DNA from: Candidatus Krumholzibacteriia bacterium
GTDB lineage: Bacteria; Krumholzibacteriota; Krumholzibacteriia; LZORAL124-64-63
Assembly (NCBI GenBank): GCA_046484865.1
Contig: JAWOID010000018.1
Span: forward strand, 77,631 to 141,630
Direction of reading: 5' to 3'
DNA length: 64,000 bases
The notes under the pieces were generated by a model. That model had not been told where the DNA came from, ran no database searches, and was given only the letters and a program-made list of their open reading frames with translations. The translations under genes and the position numbers were made by a program. Position 1 is the first letter of the stretch; each line of letters opens with the position of its first letter. This document shows positions 59,559 to 64,000 of this stretch, piece after piece.

Positions 59559-61760
59559 TCACGGCCTCAGGTCGAGCACGATCTGCCGGGCCGTGAAACG
59601 GCCCGCCCGATCGCCCACCTCCACACCCAGCACGCGGCGCCCGGGCAGCGTGTCGTCGGGCAGTTCCACGAGGATCCGGTCGCGGGTCGGGTCGGGCTCC
59701 ACGATCAGCGGTTCGCCGTCCAGCCAGACCGCGATCGTCTCCGTATCGACGCCCGAGCCGCGATCCACCACCGGCACGTCCACGATCGCCCAGCGCGGCG
59801 GCGTCACCGCGTCGCCACCCGCCGTCGCAGCCGGGCCCGGGCTCACCACGCGCAGCGTGTCCGACCCGAGCCAGGGCGGGTCGACGTCCCGCATGATCCG
59901 GTGCAGCCCTGGTTCGGCCAGCGGCAGGAACCAGAGCGTGTCGGACACCGACTGCGCCGAGGACGCTGCGGAGCCGTCTCCTGCCGGACCTGCCCGCAAC
60001 GCGGCCCGCGGACGCGCCAGGTAGGTCCAGGTGCCATCGGTCCGACGCCGGTAGACTCCGACGTCACCGGGGACCTCGAGTTCCATGCCGCCCTGCGCCA
60101 GCGCCACCGCAGGCGTGGTCACCGTGCCGGTGCCCGGATCCGGCTCCAGGCTCAGCCACGGCGCCCGTTCGGCGGGCCATTCCCACGCCATGAACAGCCC
60201 GGCCGGTCCCAGCGACACCAAGCCCTGCGCCTTGCGCAGCAGCCTGGCGTCCAGCGCGGGCGCCCCGGTGTCGACCCGGTAGAGTTCCACCGCGGCGTGG
60301 AGGTGTCCGTCGGCCACCCACCCCAGCACGACATCCGGGTGGACCTGGTGCAAGATCGTCTCCAGTTCTCCCGACCGGTCCGCCGCACCTCTCCAGCACC
60401 CCGGCGGCGCCAGGTGCCTGACCGTGCCGTCGCCGAGGGCGAGGACCTGGCCCACGAGCGCCGGCATCCAGGCCGCCGCCGGCGTATCCAGGTTCGAGGC
60501 AGTCCGGGTCGAAGCTTCGATAACCGCGGCGTCTGGGGGTACTGCGGCGCGAGGCGAAGCGCCGACCGCCGAAACATCGACGGCCGAAGCGTCAGCAGTC
60601 GTTGCGTCGGCGGCCGAAGCGTCGAGGGCCGATGCATCAGCGAAGACCGACGCGTCGGCGGTCGCTGCTTCGAGTCGGGAGCCGCGCACTGCACCCGGTC
60701 CGTCGACCACCATCATCGTCCAGACCGCTTCGGCAGCGTTTCCCGCCCGGTCCTCGGCGCGCAGACGCACGCGATGCGACCCGGGGGCCAGCCCGTCGCC
60801 TGCGGCTCCGAGGTACCACGCTCCACCGCTGCGGCCGGGCAACCGGTTCTCCGGGCGCCGGTGCAGCCACTGCTCGCGCCCGTCCCCCGTCTCGATCCAT
60901 TCGAGCAACATCTGACCCTGGCCGGCGAAGGCGAAGCTGTCGTTACGTTTCTCGAACTGCAGCTCGTCGTCGACCCAGACCTGGACCAGGCTGGGCTCGA
61001 GCCGGTAGCCGAGCGCGTCCGAGCGCTCCACGATCCGCGCAGTGAACGCCACCGGACCGGACACGGTGAGCGGAGGCAGTTCGCCGCGCAGTCCCTGGCC
61101 GGCCTTGATCACGTGGGGCTCGGTGGTCCCCTCGATCCGCGCTGCCGGGTGTGGCGCCGGCAGAGCCCGGACGCTCCGGATCTCCGGGGGCCGGTGGTCA
61201 GGCACGGCGAAGACCTTCAGCGGGTCGAGCGGCCGCTGCTGTTCGTCACGCACCTCGAAGTGCAGGTGCGGACCCGGCGTGCCGCTCTGTCCGGACAGCG
61301 CCAGGACATCGCCGCGTCGGACCCGTAGCGCGCTCTCCGGCAACGCCAGGTCCACGGTGTACCGGCCGCGGGCCCTCTGCTCTCGCCGCAGGTGGTCTCG
61401 CAGCGGATCGGCCATGCGTTCGAGATGGCCGTACACGTAGGTCCGACCCGAATCGCCGCGCAGGTACACGGCCTGACCGTACCCGCGTGCCGAGGCCCGG
61501 AGCCGGCTGACATGGCCGTCCTCCGCCGCCCGCACCGCGAACCCCGTTCGCCCCTCCGTGCGCAGATCGATGCCGGCATGGAAACGGCCCTGTCGATACT
61601 CCATGAAGTTGCTGGTGAGGTGGCGGTGACCGAGGTCGAGCGGCCAGAGGGGCTCGCTCGCCGAGGTCCCCCCAGCCCACAGGAGGATCACGAGCAGCAC
61701 GATCGGGATCCGGCGGTCACCGGACCTGAGCGGGCGGAGCCGTCCCAGCTCCGTCCGCAT
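59559..61760 (-). CDS. M23 family metallopeptidase, exported
   Basis: EYRQGRFHAGIDLRT (HxxxD), YGHL, GPHLHFEVR (HxH); N-terminal TM/signal. Start 61760 or 61781. Confidence 0.88.
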   Translation of the reverse strand: MRTELGRLRPLRSGDRRIPIVLLVILLWAGGTSASEPLWPLDLGHRHLTSNFMEYRQGRFHAGIDLRTEGRTGFAVRAAEDGHVSRLRASARGYGQAVYLRGDSGRTYVYGHLERMADPLRDHLRREQRARGRYTVDLALPESALRVRRGDVLALSGQSGTPGPHLHFEVRDEQQRPLDPLKVFAVPDHRPPEIRSVRALPAPHPAARIEGTTEPHVIKAGQGLRGELPPLTVSGPVAFTARIVERSDALGYRLEPSLVQVWVDDELQFEKRNDSFAFAGQGQMLLEWIETGDGREQWLHRRPENRLPGRSGGAWYLGAAGDGLAPGSHRVRLRAEDRAGNAAEAVWTMMVVDGPGAVRGSRLEAATADASVFADASALDASAADATTADASAVDVSAVGASPRAAVPPDAAVIEASTRTASNLDTPAAAWMPALVGQVLALGDGTVRHLAPPGCWRGAADRSGELETILHQVHPDVVLGWVADGHLHAAVELYRVDTGAPALDARLLRKAQGLVSLGPAGLFMAWEWPAERAPWLSLEPDPGTGTVTTPAVALAQGGMELEVPGDVGVYRRRTDGTWTYLARPRAALRAGPAGDGSAASSAQSVSDTLWFLPLAEPGLHRIMRDVDPPWLGSDTLRVVSPGPAATAGGDAVTPPRWAIVDVPVVDRGSGVDTETIAVWLDGEPLIVEPDPTRDRILVELPDDTLPGRRVLGVEVGDRAGRFTARQIVLDLRP

Positions 61761-61889
61761 CGAGGTGCAGTTGCACAACACGTTGCCGAAACCTCCGGAA
61801 GTTCACGCAGATCGCCGGTGAACTGGCGGCGTTCCTCTCGGCGCACACCCGGGCCGGCGCTCGGACCAGGGTAGGACGCGGCTTGGATG

Positions 61890-61918
61890 GAGACAAGGCC
61901 GACCTGCCGGTGTATGCT
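61890..61918 (+). promoter_or_regulatory. Possible sigma70 promoter of the PIN-PhoH gene
   Basis: GAGACA-N17-TATGCT about 85 bp upstream of the ATG. Confidence 0.45.
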
Positions 61919-62002
61919 CCGGCGACCGGCGGGAAACGCGACGCCGACGTCCCGGCGCACTTCGACCCCGCCAGGCAAGGATGCCGTTCTCTTGGAGGAA
62001 CC

Positions 62003-63352
62003 ATGGCCAAGCGCACCCGTTCCAGCTCGGCCGGCGACGACCTTCCCCAGCTCGATGGACGCAGCTACCTCCTGGACACCAACGTCCTGCTGCACGATGC
62101 CGCCAGCCTGGAGTCCTTCGAGGACAACAACCTGATCCTGACGGTCGATGTGCTCGAGGAACTCGACCGCTTCAAGCGAGGCAACGACGAACGCGCCCGC
62201 AACGCCCGACGGGTGATCCGCACCATCGACGGCCTCCGGAACGGCAAGCCGCTGAGCGAGGGAGCCCTGCTGCCGGGCGGCGGCAAGCTGTTCGTGGTCA
62301 TCCGGAGCTACACTGACCATCTGCCCGCCGGTCTCGAGACCGGCAACGCCGACAATCGCATCCTGGCCACCGCGCTCGCACTGCACCAGCGCGGTTCACG
62401 GGTGGTCTTCGTCACCAAGGACATCAACGCGCGCGTGAAGGCCGACGCACTCGGCATCCATGCCGAGGATTTCCTGACCAGTCGCGTGAACCTCGACGAG
62501 CTCTACAATGGTTGGAGCGAGCACTCCGTGGACGGGGCTCAGATCACCGCCTTCTACGCCGGCACGCCGCCGAAGCTCGACGTGCATCTGCACCCCAACG
62601 AGGGCGTTCTTCTGCGAGCCGTGGAGAACCCCAAGCAGACCGCCATGGGGATCTACCGCGCCGATACCGGCCGGATCGAGCCGCTCACCTTCGCGGAGAC
62701 CCGCCCCTGGGGCCTGGCGGCGCGCAATCTCCAGCAGCATTTCGCTTTCGAACTGCTGATGCGTCCCGACATCCAGCTCGTCACCATGCTCGGGCAGGCC
62801 GGGACGGGCAAGACCCTGCTCGCGCTCGCCGCCGGCCTCCAGCTCGTGGCCGAGGAGAAGAAGTACCGCCGGATCATGGTCTCCCGGCCGATCATGCCGC
62901 TCGGCAAGGACATCGGTTACCTGCCCGGCTCCAAGGAGGAGAAGCTCGAGAGCTGGATGGAACCGATCATGGACAACCTCCAGTATCTCGTCGATCCGAA
63001 GCTCGAGCAGACCGGCGACAAGGTGAACTACCTCTTCGATTCGGGCGTCCTCGAGATGGAGGCTGTCACCTACATCCGGGGCCGTTCGCTTCCGCGCCTT
63101 TTCATCATCATCGACGAAGCCCAGAACCTCACGCCGCACGAGGTGAAAACCGTCATCAGCCGCGCCGGCGAGGGCGCGAAGGTCGTCCTCACCGGCGACG
63201 CCTTCCAGATCGACAACCCGTACCTCGACGCCGCCAGCAACGGGCTCACCTACGTCGTGGAACGTTTCAACGAGCAGACCATGTACGGTCACATCACCCT
63301 GGCGAAGAGCGAACGCAGCCAGCTTGCAAGCCTGGCCGCAACTCTCCTCTGA
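62003..63352 (+). CDS. phoH: PIN-domain PhoH-family ATPase (PhoH2/YlaK-like)
   Basis: LLDTNVLLHD, EELD and DNRIL PIN motifs; GQAGTGKT, IGYLPG, YIRGRS, DEAQNLT, GDAFQID. ATG 62003 with GGAGG. Confidence 0.93.
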   Translation: MAKRTRSSSAGDDLPQLDGRSYLLDTNVLLHDAASLESFEDNNLILTVDVLEELDRFKRGNDERARNARRVIRTIDGLRNGKPLSEGALLPGGGKLFVVIRSYTDHLPAGLETGNADNRILATALALHQRGSRVVFVTKDINARVKADALGIHAEDFLTSRVNLDELYNGWSEHSVDGAQITAFYAGTPPKLDVHLHPNEGVLLRAVENPKQTAMGIYRADTGRIEPLTFAETRPWGLAARNLQQHFAFELLMRPDIQLVTMLGQAGTGKTLLALAAGLQLVAEEKKYRRIMVSRPIMPLGKDIGYLPGSKEEKLESWMEPIMDNLQYLVDPKLEQTGDKVNYLFDSGVLEMEAVTYIRGRSLPRLFIIIDEAQNLTPHEVKTVISRAGEGAKVVLTGDAFQIDNPYLDAASNGLTYVVERFNEQTMYGHITLAKSERSQLASLAATLL

Positions 63353-63432
63353 CGTCCCCGCCGGGCGCCGGTCGTGCAGCCCACGTCCGTCGCCGGCCCC
63401 CGTTCGCGCGTCCACGCGTCCGCACGTCCGCT

Positions 63433-63546
63433 AGGCGGGCGAGGCATCCGCAAGGTCGATCCCACCACCTGTCCGCGCGCCGCGCATCCGCGCATCCGCG
63501 AGGCGGGCGAGGCATCCGCAAGGTCGATCCCACCACCTGTCCGCGC
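63433..63546. repeat. Two identical 46-bp direct repeats (63433-63478 and 63501-63546)
   Basis: AGGCGGGCGAGGCATCCGCAAGGTCGATCCCACCACCTGTCCGCGC occurs twice; the 22-bp spacer is built from CCGCGCAT units. Confidence 0.9.
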
Positions 63547-63694
63547 ATCCGCGAGCCGGGCCTCACCCGCTGCCGGTCACCACGATGCCGACGACCTCCG
63601 ACCGCCGCCGGCACCCCTCCTCGAGCATCACCGGGCCCCTCGGGATCACCGAGGCACCACAGGATCACCGAAGCCCTTCTGCATCGCGACCCGG

Positions 63695-64000
63695 CTACTT
63701 CCCCGGCCGCCTCGCGTGTGAGTGCCGGTGGCACGCCGAGCAGTACGTGATCAGGTTCTCGAGCGCGTTTCCTCCTCCACGCGCCCGCGGCACGATGTGA
63801 TGCACCTCCAGGAACCGGGTTCGCGAACACCCGGGTGTCCGGCACCGGTAACCGTCCCGCGCGAGCACCGCCGCCCGCACCGACGGGGCGATCGCCGCCC
63901 GGTTCGGCCGACCAGCCCGCTGCACCCGCGCCTCGCAGGCGATCGCCTCCGCCTGAGCCGGCGCCAGCGGCTGCCGACCCGTCCCCGTCACCACCTCCGA
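63695..64000 (-). CDS. HNH endonuclease domain protein (3' part; DUF222-HNH-like)
   Basis: RAAVLARDGYRCRTPGC...EVHHIVPRARGG.NALENLITYCSACHRHSH; frame is open to the window edge. Confidence 0.85.
   Translation of the reverse strand, partial: SEVVTGTGRQPLAPAQAEAIACEARVQRAGRPNRAAIAPSVRAAVLARDGYRCRTPGCSRTRFLEVHHIVPRARGGGNALENLITYCSACHRHSHARRPGK

Noticed and set aside
62003..63352. PIN-PhoH as the toxin of a toxin-antitoxin pair
   Set aside because: No credible small antitoxin ORF upstream; stand-alone PIN-PhoH genes are common.
63433..63546. Possible mini-CRISPR array
   Set aside because: Only two repeats, the 22-bp spacer is made of repeat-derived units, and there are no cas genes or leader.

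Overview
This high-GC window looks like it comes from an FCB-group candidate-phylum bacterium (Krumholzibacteriota/Latescibacterota-like). That assignment is inferred from gene content only. Almost everything from 1 to about 61.8 kb is encoded on the minus strand. Read in the direction of transcription, the order is: M23 peptidase, dnaE, an orphan pilY1 plus a hypothetical gene sitting between dnaE and accA, then accA. Next is a T9SS/outer-membrane block: porU, porV, an M6-type protease with a C-terminal sorting domain, two paralogous membrane proteins, an NHL lipoprotein, a 1183-aa putative barrel and an Omp85 protein. It is followed by ligA, dinG, hutH-hutI, an SgmX-like TPR protein, an unusual in-frame fusion of an ECF S-component with a TonB-receptor-like barrel, and a comEA-like gene. 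A Myxococcus/Geobacter-style type IVa pilus locus follows (pilB-T-C-S-R, three pilin paralogs, ABC ATPase/permease/pilG-like, pilD, pilMNOPQ), then aroK, rsmD, coaD and a partial obgE. At the far end are a PIN-PhoH gene on the plus strand, a 46-bp direct repeat pair and a partial HNH gene. The most notable signals are the S-component/barrel polyprotein, four near-consensus sigma54 promoters that tie the distant pilY1 to the pilus locus, the uncharacterised porU/porV-linked outer-membrane module, and several shared non-coding motifs. No rRNA, tRNA, CRISPR array or IS element was recognised. All family calls come from motif recognition by eye; no searches were run.
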